Source: Octopus sinensis (Eukaryota). From it: a stretch of 64,000 nucleotides of DNA. The stretch covers positions 123,628,001-123,692,000 of the forward strand of contig NC_042997.1 of assembly GCF_006345805.1 (NCBI RefSeq), in the 5' to 3' direction. The notes beneath the pieces were generated by a model. That model was not told where the DNA came from, did not search any database, and saw only the letters and a list, made by a program, of their open reading frames with translations. Made by a program: the position numbers and the translations under genes. Shown one piece after another: positions 1 to 15,090 of this stretch (its first letter is position 1; each line of letters begins with the position of its first letter).

Positions 1-618
1 AATTTCGAAATCCTAAAGCTCTCGTCTTGACTCATTATTTCCGATTTTCCCTAGAGATGTGACAAAAATAACCACTTCGTGAACGTTCTATAGTTTACTT
101 ATTGATATTACTAGTGTGTCATTTCTAATAGTATTCTAATTGTATTCAGTTGGTTGAAATCGATATTTACATTGACATATTATACCAAAATTAATCATGT
201 TCTTTCAATGAATAATATTTACAAAATGATATTATCTTTCAATCTGCGTTTTGCACCTTCTAATTTAGATGTAAATTATGTTTTTCATTATTGTTTAAAA
301 GAGAAATGAAGCTTCTTTCATTTTCCTGTTTTTTTTTTTTTTTAACATGGTTTATCGACATAAAATCCTTGAATCCAGATTTTAATATTATGTTAATGTA
401 TTTCTTCGGAATGTAAAGTGTAGAGTCTCTATTGGCAGTTTTCTATTTTCATGAAATGTGATCATATAATACAATACAAATCGTCTTACGGAATCTTATT
501 AAAGTACAATGATATCTTCAGGTTATAGATCTTTTGCTAATCAAATTTCGTGATTTACAGTACACAAGTTGCGTAACATATGAACTCCGGGTTTCTATAC
601 AATTTATTTTTATTGTGT

Positions 619-1023
619 GGGCGCAATGGCCTAGTGGTTAGGGCAGGGCACTCGCGGTCGTAGGATCGTGGTTTCGATTCCCAGAACGGGAGTTGTGAGT
701 GTTTTGAGCGAAAACAATTAATGCTCTACGAGGTTCCGGCAGTGGGTGGTGGCGAACCCTGCTGTATTCTTTTACCACAATTTTCTCACACTCTTTTACT
801 TCTTTCCGTTGTACCAGTATTTCAAAGAGGCATTTTTCCCACTCTGTCTCACACTGAAGGGTCAGCCTTGTCACACTCTGTGTTACGATGAATCTCCCCC
901 GAGAAGTACGTTAAGGCTACACTTGTCTGTGGAGTGCTCAGCCACTTGCATGTTAATTTCATGAGCAGGCTTTTCCGTAAATCGGATCAATTGGAACCCT
1001 TGTCCTCGTAACCGACGGAGTGC
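619..1023 (+). mobile_element. tRNA-derived SINE, family C (near full length)
   Basis: Pol III A-box-like TGGCCTAGTGG and B-box-like GGTTTCGATTCC head, then a GC-richer body ending GTAACCGACGGAGTGC. The head is shared with 20817-21077. Confidence 0.8.
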
Positions 1024-2143
1024 GAGGATTTTTAATGTGAAAACAGTAATATTCAGAAACAATTGGTCACTCCGATATTTTTGTATTACTTCTGGTGATA
1101 TCAGTAATGCCTTTTGTTTTATAGTTTTAAATACTTTATGAAACCGATGAATTGTATATATGCAGTCTCGAGTAGTTGGAAACGTTTGCCACAAACTGCA
1201 AATAAAATAGCTTACCATATTTTTTTTTGAAGTTGTATATTATCAAAAGGCACCTCTATAATATTGATTATACACAGAGGTGTATGTGTTCTGCAGGAAA
1301 GTATGAATAATGGCGATTTAATCGTAGGTTATATATGTTTGCATTTGCGAACAGAGGCTTATCGTTATTGTATATATTTTTCATATATAACTCTAGATAC
1401 ATTATCTTTTCTGTGAACATTAAATTCTGACTGGAGGAATATCTATTCGAGATTCTAAGCTTATATAAAATTAATATCACTAAATCTATCGAATTGGTAT
1501 AGAACCCGGTAGGAATAAGAATATTTTCTTGTATCACAAACCTGCATTTATTTTACAGACTTAATATTTCCTCTTCTAAAGTTTTACTGCCTTTCTGCTT
1601 TTACATCAGATACCTGCATATAATGTGGATGTACATCAGCCTACGACTATAATTCACTGCTGCCTCGCAAGCTTTATATTACCCACGGCAAATCATTTTA
1701 CCGCTCTACCGCTCGAAATTTCATTTACACCTATATAACTACATTTATTGGAACTAAACGTGTAATATATGACTAGCTACTGCCGTGCCGAGTTTGCAAA
1801 TATATGAAATGTCTTCTCTGCTCTGACTAACATGGAAGAATGTGTGTCAGTTTTTTTCTCTGTCTCATAGGTGTCCATATTTTTCGAGCGTGAGTAATCC
1901 TTCAGATTCCTGTATATTGGCGTCAAATGAACCTATATTATTTCCCAGCGAAGTTATATGGAGAAATTCAGCAACGGATGTTAAGTGTTTCAGATTATAG
2001 AATTTCACAAGGTTCCTCTTTGCTAATGACTTATGAATGAATGCCCACATTGCTTTTCAGTCGTATTCCACCAGGGGTAAGTGGATAAGAGGTTGTTATG
2101 ACATTATCTGACCCCAGCAAATAGAGAATGATATACAGCATTA

Positions 2144-2553
2144 TACTCTTTTACAATCTTTTACTCTTTTACTTCTTTCAGTCATGCTGGAGCACTACCT
2201 TTTGTCGAGCAAATCGACCCCTGGACTTATTGTTTGTAGGTCTAGTACTTATTCTATCGGTCTCTTTTGCCGAACCGCTAGATTACGGGGACGTAAACAC
2301 ACCAGCATCGGTTGTTAGGCGATGTTGGTTGGACAAACACGGACACACAAACATCCATACACACACACATATATATATATACACATATATACGACGGGCT
2401 TCTTTCAGTTTCCGTCTACCAACTCCAATCACAAGGCTTTGGTCGGCCCGAGGCTATAGTAGAAAACACGGTGCCAAGGTGCCACACAGTGGGACTGAGC
2501 CCGGAACGATGTGGTTGGTAAGCAAGCTACTTACCACACAACCACTCCTACGC
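2144..2553 (-). mobile_element. tRNA-derived SINE, family A (internal CA/TA microsatellite)
   Basis: Reverse complement of the family A pattern at 5254 and 9786: GGAGTGG(C)TGTGTGGTAAG head, CCTTGGGCAAGTG-like core, internal microsatellite, (AAAAGAGT)n tail. Confidence 0.92.
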
Positions 2554-5253
2554 TTACTGAAACATTTTAATATATATATTTTATATTTCAAGCATACATG
2601 TGTTAGATATATGTTATCATTTGTTATACATACGTCAGTCACATATTTGTTGAATATATCACGGCCAAAAAAATGTCAAATTTCTCGATGCTGAAACTTT
2701 AACATAAATTGAGTCTTTCTAACATGCTCCTTACAGCGAATTCCTTCCTACATCATTTTCAATTCATTTTTAGTATTTTCCCTCCCTTTATTCTCAATTG
2801 ATTTATTTCCTTTTGTGAGCGATATCTTACTCCAATCAAGCAGCGACGCACACACTGCGATAAGAGCCATTTCTGAGAACGATGACAACCACGTGAAGAA
2901 TAGTCATTATCAAAATAGCTCTTCAGAGCATACCTTACATAATGAATTGCTTTGCGTAAATTATTCAATTAAACGTGTAACATCCGGAATATTCCTTTGC
3001 GCGTTCTTATAAACTACGGCAGTGAAAGAATTTCAATCAATATAAAATGCATACCTTGCTGTTAATTCATGAGCCCTCATCATAAATACATAACTTTCAG
3101 GTAGGTTGATATATTTCACGAAACAGTTAATGTCATAATGAATTATTTTGCATTCGAGATTTCTATAATTTTTTGATAAATACTTTACTTCATGATACTT
3201 ATTTTGCGAACGTTCCATATCTAAACAAATGCAACATATATTAATAAATATTGATTCTTTTGTTAATGTTTTCATCGAATTTGTATATGTCATGTACTAT
3301 CCCGAAATGAAATAAAAATAGAATTTGCAGTAAAACTAGAATATCATATTTATGAGCAAAATAGCTTTCAAAATTAACGAACTTATTACTGCGTTTTTCT
3401 GTGGTTAAACGTGCCAAAGTTTTTTCTATAAATAAGAATGTAAAATGCACATATCTGTTTACTCAAAGGCTTAAGTGATTCAGTCATATTTCTCTAAAAT
3501 TATCCGTTTCCGTCATAAGAAAGGAATATATTAATACTTACATCATACTCGTAGAAATGTTCTGTTGGGATACACAACATATTTATGAATGCAGAATTCT
3601 ATGCATTTCATTTAAATATGTTTTGTTATACATATATAACAAATGTCTGGAATTTTATTTAGATTTCACTTTTATAACCTGTGAGGAAGACTTTTGTATT
3701 CGTTCACCTTCTGGGCGTTAACTTAGTCAACTTTCCTCGATTTCTGAAAGGGTAAGAGAAAGCTTGTGCAGAGAAACAGGAATCTGTCTGCCTCATTTTG
3801 TAAGTAAGCTCTAACGGTAAGTGCAAACGGTGATACTGAAAATGGCCATCTACTATAGTTTCATAATATTTTTATATATAAGTTATTTCATATTACTAGA
3901 CGTCATATAAAATAATCGTAATACCATATTTAACTTATTTTATTGAAGATTTGCATACTCACTAAATAAGTTAACTTTCAGAAAACAAAATATTTAATCT
4001 CTTTTTATATAATCAAATAAATTTGATACAAAATTCTACTTCGTAAATTTCGGCCATCTTTCCCATATAAAACACAAAGCATTGACTGCTCAGAGCACAC
4101 TAGATTTTGTTATACATCAATAAAATTATTTCATATATTGTGTCTCTACTGAGATGAAACGATAAGTTACTCACTCATTCAATAACAATGCGTTGTATTG
4201 ACAGTGCTCTGTATTTTCCTCTTCTGAAATTTTGCTTTCAAAGTGAAAAACTACAACATAAAACAGCAGCTTCTGAAAGCTTGTTCTTCTTGGAATCATT
4301 GTTATGGCCACTATAATTAGATAAATAAAAATTAAGAAGATTTTATTGAGATTAGCTGTGTAGTGTCTGGCATCGCTTTGAATAATCAAACTAAGGTAAG
4401 ACTTGAACAGAGTTGATCACAAAGACTAAAGATTTTTTGTATTTGTACATTGTTTTTGTACATATAGTGTTATATTTTGATGCCAGAAAGAATATTGTAC
4501 GTTTTATTCTTAACTTAACTGTATCCATTTACTATTGGCTGGGTGTTTTGTTAGTACAGTCTTACGGTAACTGAGTAAAGTATTTGTTAGCATTCATGTT
4601 GCAACACGTTTCGTGCTAAATGGTGTAAAAGAGGAATACTAGAAAAAGCTTAATTATAATTAGAGACGTTTCAGAAATTACATTATTTCACGAACCTCAG
4701 TGAGAAAATAAAAATCTAGTTGCAATGCTTGTTTGTGAAAGGCTATGCTGATTGTCAAAGAAGATTTGCTATCAGGGGAAGACGGGAAAACTTGAGAGAA
4801 ATAGCATATTTGAAACATCATTTCTATGATTTTCTCAATAAATGGTGATTTTATACTGATTCTTTCCAGTGCATTTGCTAATTTGTGGTTATTTTCCTAT
4901 TCCTCCGTGGTACACAATTTCAAGTATTCCTGGATGCTTGCATATTGAATATTTTTTTTCAATATTTGATTATTTTGTTTAACTTCTATATAGAATGCTG
5001 TCTTGGGGTTAGTATCGTCTTCGAAATAATACGATAGAAATAATTATAATTGACTGAATGTTGGATGATAATGGAGATATAATTAGCTGTAATGATAGTT
5101 GCCAACGATGAGGAAATTTTGAATGTTTTAACTGCGAGAAATGTGACTCAACTGGGCATCGAATGCATTCCTAGCCTCATACCTCTCCAAAATGCTATTT
5201 TTTCATGTATGGAATCCCTTATGAAAGCAAAGTTTTGAAAAATGTTACAGATT

Positions 5254-5656
5254 GCAGGAGTGGCTGTGTGGTAAGTAGCTTGCTTACCAACCACATCGTT
5301 CTGGGTTCAGTCACACTGCGTGGCACTTTGGGCAAGTGTCTTCTACTATAGCCTCGGGACGACCATAGCCTTGTGAGTGGATTTGGGAAACGGAAACTGA
5401 AAGAAGCCTGTCGTGCATATGTATATATATATATGTGTGTGTTTGTGTGTCTGTGTTTGCCTCCCCTTCCCCAAATCGCTTGACAACCGATGCTGGTGTG
5501 TTCATGTCCCCTAACTTAGCGGTTCGGCAAAAGAGATCGATAGAATAAGTACTAGGCTTACAAAGAATAAGTCCTGGGGTCGATTTGCTCGACTAAAGGC
5601 GGTGCTCCAGCACGGCCGCAGTCAAATTAGTGAAACAAGTAAAAGAGAGTAAGAGT
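5254..5656 (+). mobile_element. tRNA-derived SINE, family A
   Basis: GCAGGAGTGGCTGTGTGGTAAG head, GGGTTCAGTC B-box, internal (TA)(TG) tract, tail GGCGGTGCTCCAGCA...GAAACAAGTAAAAGAG. Confidence 0.93.
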
Positions 5657-6304
5657 ATTGCGATTATAATTTTTTCTAAAGATAAAGACAGGTAGAAATA
5701 TATAGTTCTAATTGTAAGGATGTTGCTGTACCACCCTTAATCGTCACTTTTCTCGTATTAACCATTAAGATACTTCAAACAATTTCTAATTTTCACTTTC
5801 ACCTCAGTCACTTGACTCCACTTGTCTCTCTCCTGTATAGTGCATTTAACTAACTATATTCCCTCTTATCAGTCTTAGTTTCCACAAACGATTTGCTATG
5901 CATCATTGTTTTTTTATTACGTTACCGCTCTAATTAACCTTTTCCATTAAGACACTCTATCTGAGAAACACATTCCCTTCATTATTTTATGAGTTGCTCG
6001 TGGTTGACATCTTATTAATTGTTTTCTATATCTACATAAAATTCAATGCCTATTCGCTTGGTCTTCTGTCTTACCAATACACTGATTCATGGCTACTTCT
6101 CACTATCTAGCAGACAGTATCACAACAATCGCATTCATTGAATCTAAATTTCTTAATTATGTTAATCCCTCGCCATATCGCCGTTCACCTATCACAATTT
6201 ATTATTTCAGCTTACGTCGAATCCTCCGCAGTGTTGTTTTCCATTTATAATGAAATAAATATTTACAAACTATTAAAAACAATAATAATAAATATATTAT
6301 TATA

Positions 6305-6431
6305 GGCGCAGGAGTGGCTGTGTGGTAAGTAACTTGCGTGGCAATTTGGGCAAGTGTCTTCTGCTATAGCCTCGGACCGACCTAAGCCTTGTGAGTGGAT
6401 TTGATAGACGGAAACTGAAAGAAGCTCGTCG

Positions 6432-6487
<56 letters not shown>

Positions 6488-6583
6488 TGTATGTGGTGTG
6501 TGTGTGTGTGTATGTGTGTGTGTCTGTGTTTGTCCCCCGTCATCGCTTGACAACCGATGCTGGTGTGTTTACATGCCCGTAAC
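6305..6583 (+). mobile_element. SINE family A, internally deleted and 3'-truncated
   Basis: GGCGCAGGAGTGGCTGTGTGGTAAGT head with the B-box segment missing. Homology stops after CATGCCCGTAAC. Confidence 0.85.
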
Positions 6584-6869
6584 GAAACACACCAGTGATT
6601 GTAGAGAGATTTCTGTATGCTTACTTTCTTTCCCTGTATTCCATTATCTCTCTTTTCCTACTTTCCTACACACAACAACTGCAGTTTTCTTTCGTATTCC
6701 CAAATCATTGCAAAAAGAAAATAGAATCCAACAAAAGGAAATTTCGCCATAGGTGTTTGTATATTTATATCACGCCACATTTCAATTCAGCTTTCGTATT
6801 TTTGTAAGCTTATTTTTGAGAAATTTATTTCTCGACATGCGAAATAAAAAAAAAATCCCTTCAGCTATA

Positions 6870-7310
6870 TAACATAGATAACTTAGCTAGGGTGGGGGAA
6901 TTATACGCCCATGCCATGTCTGACTTAATAGCACCATGTGGTGTAGTCATTTAGATTGTGATTCATTCCTTCGTCAAATAAGGAGCGCTATGGCCCACTC
7001 TAGTTAAAACTTATAATTGTTCGAGACATATCCGGGTGTAGGAGGTTGGTTCAAAATCTTTTGGACAAATTATTCCAGAGAACTTTTGAATTTTATGGGA
7101 TCTGTCTCCGTTTTGATGTATTTTGGTATAATATTAAAGCGAGCTGGACCGGTTGAGGTATAGTAGTTGTGTCGTAATGTTGTTATGTGTCCTGGGTTCG
7201 ACTTTTCTAGTGGGTGGATAGCACGGGGACCTATTCTTGGGTGGATTTTAAAATTCATGCCAATATAACTTGTGCAATATTGATGGAATATTTTCCACAT
7301 CACACAAATG
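6870..7310 (-). mobile_element. CR1/L2-group LINE 3' fragment (ORF2 C-terminus plus 3' UTR), decayed
   Basis: Minus strand reads HPRIGPRAIHP...YTSTGPARFNIIPKYIKTETDPIKFKSSLE*FVQKILNQPPTPGYVS, matching the GPxLFNxLP...FKxxLDxFLxxIPDQP C-terminal pattern of CR1-like ORF2. Confidence 0.75.
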
Positions 7311-7714
7311 ATTTAGCGCTCACGGTGGCATTGAAGAGAGTAGAAATTGAGGTTTTATAGTCAACCCCAGTTGTCAATGGCTATCATGCCGTATATCTAT
7401 CTTGTTATTCACCTATGGATTATAAATTAAGCGTTTGAATGATGAACCAATTCATTTATTAATTTATAGTGTTCTGATGAGTAACGAGCAAAAGCATATT
7501 ACAATTTTGAGTAAATGTTTCCTGGGAAGTGAATGTATTACTCTTTGTCAACTTATGCCACAATGCATAGAAACATACTTATGCATATACATATATCCAT
7601 GCATACACTCATAAATACCTGCACGTAGACAGATGAATGCATACATACATTCATAAATATGTATGCATATATGTATATACATCTGTATATAGAGAGTTAA
7701 ATAGACAATAAAGC

Positions 7715-7949
<235 letters not shown>

Positions 7950-8694
7950 CAGAACACTCGTTTACTGTTATTTGTTATTATTTGTTTATAAGTTATCCAA
8001 TAAATGTTGCTTAATATAATCAAAATTTTTGTATGAAGCTAGCCAACAAAGATCTTTATTTACAGGACATCTATGTCCTAGAATAACATAAATTGATTGC
8101 AAAATATTGTTACCACTCCCGAATGTATTACATTATGTTGTGATTATTTAACTAACGTATTTACGAAGAGTAAGACCTCTTCATTTCTACAGAATCTATG
8201 TTGAGAAAGATGATGCCCACGTTGTACTAGGAATGATATTTATTTTAATAGAGTACGTTTATTGAGGAAATTACCGAGAACAACCACTCTTCGACAGACA
8301 AATACTTAATACTATAATGCAGATTGAGAAATATTACAAAATTGCGAAACTGTGGATTCGTCATTTCAAAAAGAATGAATTATCCACAAGAGACACCGAT
8401 AAAACTTAATGAATCTTTAGGAGATGCCAAATTTAATTGTAAAAGAGCCAATATTCACTTCGCTTAGTATCAAACGAAGATTTAGTAATCTTTTTAAACT
8501 TGACTAAAATGTTGAGAGGTCAGAGCTAACATACTCTGTCGCATAAGCCAACAAATTTTTAATTAATTAAAATTACACCTGTATTGTGAATAAAATGTCA
8601 TTAGCTTAATGATCAATTCTCATGAAGAACAGGGGAGAAAACCTTAAAATATTATCAATTACAATTAATTTAATTTTTTTTTTTGCAGTAGTGA

Positions 8695-8875
8695 AAATAC
8701 TGAGTTAGTGGAAATATTATCACTTCGGACAAAATGCTTAGCGGCACTGCTTTCGAATCTTTACGTTCTTAATTCAAATCACGCTGTGGCCACCTCTGCT
8801 TTTCATCCCTTGAGGGTCAATAAGAAAGTTCCAATCAGGTATTGGGGTTGATGAAATCCACTAGACCTTCACCCT
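8695..8875 (+). mobile_element. SINE family B, degraded
   Basis: AAAATGCTTAGCGGCA...TTACGTTCT...TTTCATCCCT...GGGGTTGAT motifs are shared with 57752, 58795 and 60608. Confidence 0.65.
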
Positions 8876-9785
8876 CATTGCGTGCCGAAAACCATGTAAC
8901 CGGCCAAATATTTCTCAAGTCTCGGAAAAAATGAAATATTGCGGAAAATTAGTCTGACCAAGGAGACGGAATTTTTTGTTATATAACGAATATACAAGGA
9001 ATATACAATACGCTGTGCACATAATGAATACCAAATGATCTTAATTCGTATGGCATTCACGCCTGAAACACGAAACTGAAAACGAACTAACAAAAATATT
9101 TATATGTAATTTATGCCTATGTTAGAAATAGCAGCGAACACTACAACTTATAACATCCTACGTCTCAGAAGTGGTGAAACGCTTTAAGGTGATTTTCATA
9201 TCTATAAAATTCATACAAATATCATAAAGAGGGTATGTGATAACAAGCATGAGCTATCTTTAGTTGGATTCGACGTTAACTAAAAAAGTAACTAAAATTA
9301 CTAGAAAACGAAATTTCTGAATATCGTACTTGACGCCGAGATATATAAAACAAATCCGAGATAGCACATATTGACTATCTCCAAGACAAAAATGCTAGAA
9401 GCAATTGAATATTTCATATATATCTTGAGTACAAAGCTGTGGCATGCAATTATACGGTTGGAATGAACACAGACGCTATAAACAAGCACTGTTTCCTTTT
9501 CTTCTTTCTCCTAGCATATTTTCTTGCTTCTTTCTTTGTTTTGCTGAAGCCTTCACCTGAAAGAGCCTATGTTTTTTCCTTTTCCTTTTTACCGCGCATA
9601 ATTCATTGTGCGTTGTGTATTACGATACAGTGTGTGTGTATGTGGGTGTGTTTACACCTGATTCACAATTTCTTGAATACTTGCCTCCCTTGTGCCAAAT
9701 TTCCCTTTGTCCAGCTGTACCCTGTCTTATTCCATTCTTTCCACTTTTGCTAAAGTATATACACTTTTGCTAAAGTATATACACA

Positions 9786-9943
9786 CAGGAGTGGATGTGT
9801 GGTAAGTAGCTTGCTAACCAACCACATGGTTCTGGGTTCAATCCCACTGCGTGGCATCTTGGGCAAGTGTCTTCTGCTATAGCCCCGGGCCGACCAATGC
9901 CTTGTGAGTGGATTTGGTAGACGGAAACTGAAAGAAGCCTGTC

Positions 9944-9983
<40 letters not shown>

Positions 9984-10217
9984 GTATGTGTGTGTGTGCT
10001 TCTGTGTCTGTGTTTGTCCCCTAGCATTGCTTGACAACCGATGCTGGTGTGTGTTTACGTCCCCGTCACTTAGCGGTTCGGCAAAAGAGACCGATATAAT
10101 AAGTACTGGGCTTACAAAAAATAAGTCTCGGGGTCGATTTGCTCGACTAAAGGCGGTGCTCCAGCATGGCCGCAGTCAAATGACTGAAACAAGTAAAAGA
10201 GTAAAAGAGTAAAGAGT
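9786..10217 (+). mobile_element. tRNA-derived SINE, family A (best-preserved copy)
   Basis: Complete head, core, internal (TA)n/(TG)n and (GAGTAAAA)n tail. Confidence 0.95.
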
Positions 10218-10289
10218 ATATGTGTGTGTGCGCGCGAAGTTGTATATATATATGTATATATATATATGTATATTTTTACCATTTTTTAC

Positions 10290-10625
10290 CCCTCTGCGAA
10301 AAGATCTCAGAATTTTAATTGATTTGCTCTTCGCAGGAAGGAAGTTTCTTCGAAGTATACGTCTCGCTTTTATCCTTCGAAACGTAGAGTAGATGAAACC
10401 TTAGCGACTGAAGAAGGGGATTTTTCGTTGTGCTTATTGTCCTGTATCTCTCTCTTTTTTTCTTTTTTGCTTGTCCTGTTCATTGGTTTGTGTCTATGTT
10501 TTTCGCCTCTCTATGTGTTCGACGTCTTTTTGGTGTCCTGTACACATATATGCGTGTATATGTACATGTAGAGGTAGGTACGTACATATATGTTTATATA
10601 TATGCAAATGTTCTATTTTATTAAC
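10290..10625 (+). mobile_element. PLE-like terminal repeat relic, same family as 41760-42260
   Basis: GGTGTCCTGTAC...ACATGTAGAGGTAGGTACGTACATATATGTTT matches the reverse complement of about 41870-41955. It carries GAAAC and CTGAAGA motifs. The PLE assignment is inference. Confidence 0.5.
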
Positions 10626-10644
10626 ATATATATATATATATATA

Positions 10645-11027
10645 CTAGCAGTATCGACCGGCGTTGCTCGGGTTTCAAAGGGAAATAACTATATAAGCAT
10701 TTTCAGAGAGTTATAGCCAAAAAATAGCAAAAAAATGCATTAAAAATGGAAAGAAAATGATGGTAATTAAATCGTTGACTCATCGTAGACATTTTTAGAG
10801 AGTTACTTCCATTATATAATAACGAAAAAATGCATTAAAATGGAAAAAAATGATGGTCATTTTTTTTTTAATCGTAGACTTATCGTAGACGCGCGCTAAT
10901 ACCCAGAAGGGCTCGACTATAAGATACCCGCTTTTGGTAAAACTGCACCGCAAAATGTGGGAGTAGTTAGGAATCAAAATCGTAGGAGACAGACACATAA
11001 CTTTTCTTTTATATATAAAGAAAAAGA
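10645..11027 (-). mobile_element. Non-autonomous Helitron
   Basis: On the minus strand it starts A|TC(T)n..TATATA and ends with a CCCGAGCAACGCCGG subterminal hairpin plus TGCTAG|T. There is no TSD and it has internal duplications. Confidence 0.85.
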
Positions 11028-11135
11028 TTGTCAAAAGTAATACATCTTTAAAAATTGCATTTTCAAACCTTCTTTCATATATATTTCCAATCGTGCGGTA
11101 CCTTACAACTTCTCTTTGTTGTAATATATATATGT

Positions 11136-11196
<61 letters not shown>

Positions 11197-11215
11197 TATA
11201 TATATATTATATATA

Positions 11216-11358
<143 letters not shown>

Positions 11359-11384
11359 TAATATATATATATATAATTTCAACA

Positions 11385-12351
<967 letters not shown>

Positions 12352-12479
12352 AAGATGACAAGTGTGTTTGTGCGTGCGTGTGTGTGTGTGTGTGTGTGTA
12401 TTTTTGATGAATAGAGGTAATGACAAAGCCAGCTGTGGTGATGACTACTAGCTGTTTGTGTCAAGCTAGGTCAAAGTCA

Positions 12480-13000
12480 GGTCAAAAAACATCATAGTGT
12501 GTGTGTTGTTTGTAGTGTGTATGTGTGTGCTTGTGTGTGTTCGTGTGTGTATGCGTAGAGTGTGGGTGTGTGGCGTAACCTAGTATGCGTGTGCTTGTAC
12601 GTGCGTGTGTGTGTGTGTAGGGGGATGTATATGTGGGTTCATTTGTGTGAGAGTGTATGTATGTGCGTGTATGTGTGCGTTTGTATGTGTTTGTGTGTAT
12701 GTGTGCGTGCGCGGATAGGTGTATATTGTGTATGTATATCTGTCGGTGTGTATGTGAGTTTGTGTGTGTTTGTACGCGTGTATGTGTGTGTGAGCGTATA
12801 GTATATACATATATGTAAATGTGTGTGTGTGCGTGTGTGTGTACGTGCGTGCGAGTGAATGTATGTATATATGTGTGCGTGTGTGTAAAATGTAGGGGCT
12901 TATATGTGTGTTTATATGTGTGTGTGTATGTATGTGTGTATGTGTGTATATATACTTTAAAAAATTGTCACTGAGAAAGTATTCGATGATTAGCATAATG
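12480..13000. repeat. Degenerate (GT)/(AT)-based compound microsatellite
   Basis: Low-complexity GT-rich tract that produces the H/T/Y-rich pseudo-ORFs in the track. Confidence 0.9.
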
Positions 13001-15043
13001 TGCAAAATATGTATAAGGTGAACATAAAATGTGATTGTGAGTGCAAATACCACCGCCCTTCTATATCTGTATTACATGGAAAAAATACAAGACAGAAACG
13101 TGTTTCTTTTTTTATATGCAACTCCATGCAACGAAGAAAAATTTGAGTCTCACTAGAAAACAGAATAAGAATAAAAAGAAGAGGATAAAAGAATTTGAGA
13201 GACGCGTATATATATAGGTCTATATGTATATGCGTATGTATGAGATAGGTATGTATATATGTATATATGTATGAATGTAGGTATATTATATATATGTATA
13301 CATATTATATACATATATGTATGTGGCTATATATATTTGTGTGTTTGTAATGTATGTATATATGTATGTATATAGGTATGCATGTATACAGATTCATTCA
13401 TGATGGGACGTAAACTAAAATGTGATCCAGCTTTTTTACAATGTCTTGTCCATCACTAGATGAGCTATTGAAGCAAGCGTCTCTTTAAAATACGATCCCT
13501 TTTTTCCGTTTAAGTCTGTTTTCTTCCTCTCGTACACTTCTGCCTTTATTATTATTCCCGCTCTGTTAAACTACCACACGCTATTCCATATTTGTCATAC
13601 ATTGTTTTCCTGGCCAGCGATGTAGTTTTCTGCAGTTACCCACTTAACTGTAAAATCTGATATCCCCAAATCTCCCAATATATCTGCGTTGTTGCGAATT
13701 GCGAATTATATTAAATACTCCAATATTCGTTTCTTATTATTGAGTTTTATTTTTGTCAGAATTGGAATACCAGACATTTCACTTAATTAACTTGGATAAA
13801 TATCATACAGCAATGCTTTCCACAAAGTCTTTGAATTAACTGATATTACCTTTGAACAATTTGAAAAATTAATTGCTAATTTCTTTAAAAAAATATAACT
13901 CGTCTTTATACCGGGCATTTAAAAATACCGACAAGATTTTGTATTTCTTTGCAACTGCGAACACCATTTCAGTTAATTAACAAATCTTTTAGCTACAGAT
14001 TCCATAGATCATTACAATGTAAGTTAATTATCATTATTCGTGCCATATCACCATTTGAATTATTTCTTGTTAATTAATCTCTGCTATTTATGGTTTGAAA
14101 ATTTACTGGATAAATGCTGTTTGTGTGCTTAAAAAATTAGTTTAAATGACCAGTATGCTTGGTTATGTGGAAAAAACAATCACGAGGGCTAATACACTTA
14201 AATTTATTTACAATTGTGATTTGCTGCAAGGACAAAATTTCTGTTTACTGAAACTATCTTCTTAAAAGAAATACTTCATTTTTAAGTAACCGAAGTAAGA
14301 GTCATAGGAAGCTTTTTCATATGATAATCTGTACATCACTGTTACCGTATCGTCAACATTCATGCAAGCTCTAATGGAGAAAACAGTTATCTCCGTTTCA
14401 TTTCACTATTAATTGTAACAGATAATGGCTTTATACACAAGTCGAATATAATATTGAGATACCATTATGTGTTTAGTAGGGCTTCTTTCCAGTGAAAGGA
14501 AGATTAACAACTGATGATCAAAATACTCGAAAAGGTTCTCTTTCTTTTTCTTCTTTATGCTTGCAGATTTTGTTCGTCCTTCTTTTCTTTGATGAAGGCT
14601 TCACCTGAACCTTAGTCTACTTTTTTCCTTTTCCTTTTTACCACTAAATTATTACAATGGAAGGCGATTTGCGAAAAATAAGAATACAAGGGATAATAAG
14701 TATTTCAAAAGAAGATAAACCCAGCTCAACGTCTATATGACACACATATACATATAAATACATACACTCACACACGCACACAAACAAACATATATATACA
14801 TACATATATATATATGCATATAGAGAGAGAGGTTATGAGAGGTAATGGTGTCAATAAGACCCAAACGTGTAAGGTAATGCTAAGAGGTATGAACAGACTA
14901 TAGTTAAGCTCGAGTTTCGGTGATTATGCGAATGAGGTGTCCAACGTAGGTCATATATCAGTATGTGTACATATAAAATAAATTAACAGAATGAGATGAA
15001 AATCTAAGGTTGTGAAAGATTTCAGAACATTTATAAATAGAAT

Positions 15044-15090
15044 GTCTTACAGCTGTTTCCGGGATATTTTACATAACCCTTCATCGGAGA
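15044..15090 (-). ncRNA. Type I hammerhead-like motif, CCGAUGA core variant
   Basis: RNA GUCU-CCGAUGA-A-GGGUUAU(GUAA)AUAUCCC-G-GAAAC-AGCU-GUA-AGAC: stem I GUCU/AGAC, palindromic ACAGCUGU stem III, GUA cleavage triplet. Confidence 0.65.

Noticed and set aside
619-700. tRNA-like A/B boxes here and at other SINE heads
   Set aside because: They continue into SINE bodies and do not form a complete cloverleaf, so they are not tRNA genes.
1140-1192. CCGATGA...GAAACGTT hammerhead-like spacing
   Set aside because: Stem I does not pair (GAAA versus UGCC) and stem II does not close; at best a decayed relic.
1871-2076. Micro-exon-like AG..GT segments (1871-1889, 2061-2076); others near 4404, 18701-18791 and 56721-56804
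   Set aside because: No recognisable peptide, and such segments are expected by chance in 64 kb of AT-rich sequence.
2759-3012. Overlapping protein-like ORFs on both strands
   Set aside because: No motif recognised and no convincing splice or start context.
7474-7500. CTGATGAG motif; similar isolated CTGANGA hits at 14511, 18267, 47645 and 55043
   Set aside because: No correctly placed GAAA/NUH or stem I. The 47645 hit lies inside the Dong ORF relic.
9742-9784. 20-bp tandem duplication at a SINE 5' junction; 49-bp tandem duplication near 22075-22170
   Set aside because: Ordinary slippage or insertion-associated duplications in low-complexity sequence.
13440-14100. Possible L1/Tx1 C-terminal relic on the minus strand; similar faint LINE traces at about 18400-18780, 45900-47000 and 58300-58520
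   Set aside because: Only isolated 4-6-residue resemblances with many stops; cannot be supported without a profile search.
14900-14970. Second hammerhead-like fold (GAAACTCGAG) on the minus strand
   Set aside because: The core reads CUGAUAU and the cleavage triplet is GCU; too degenerate to call.
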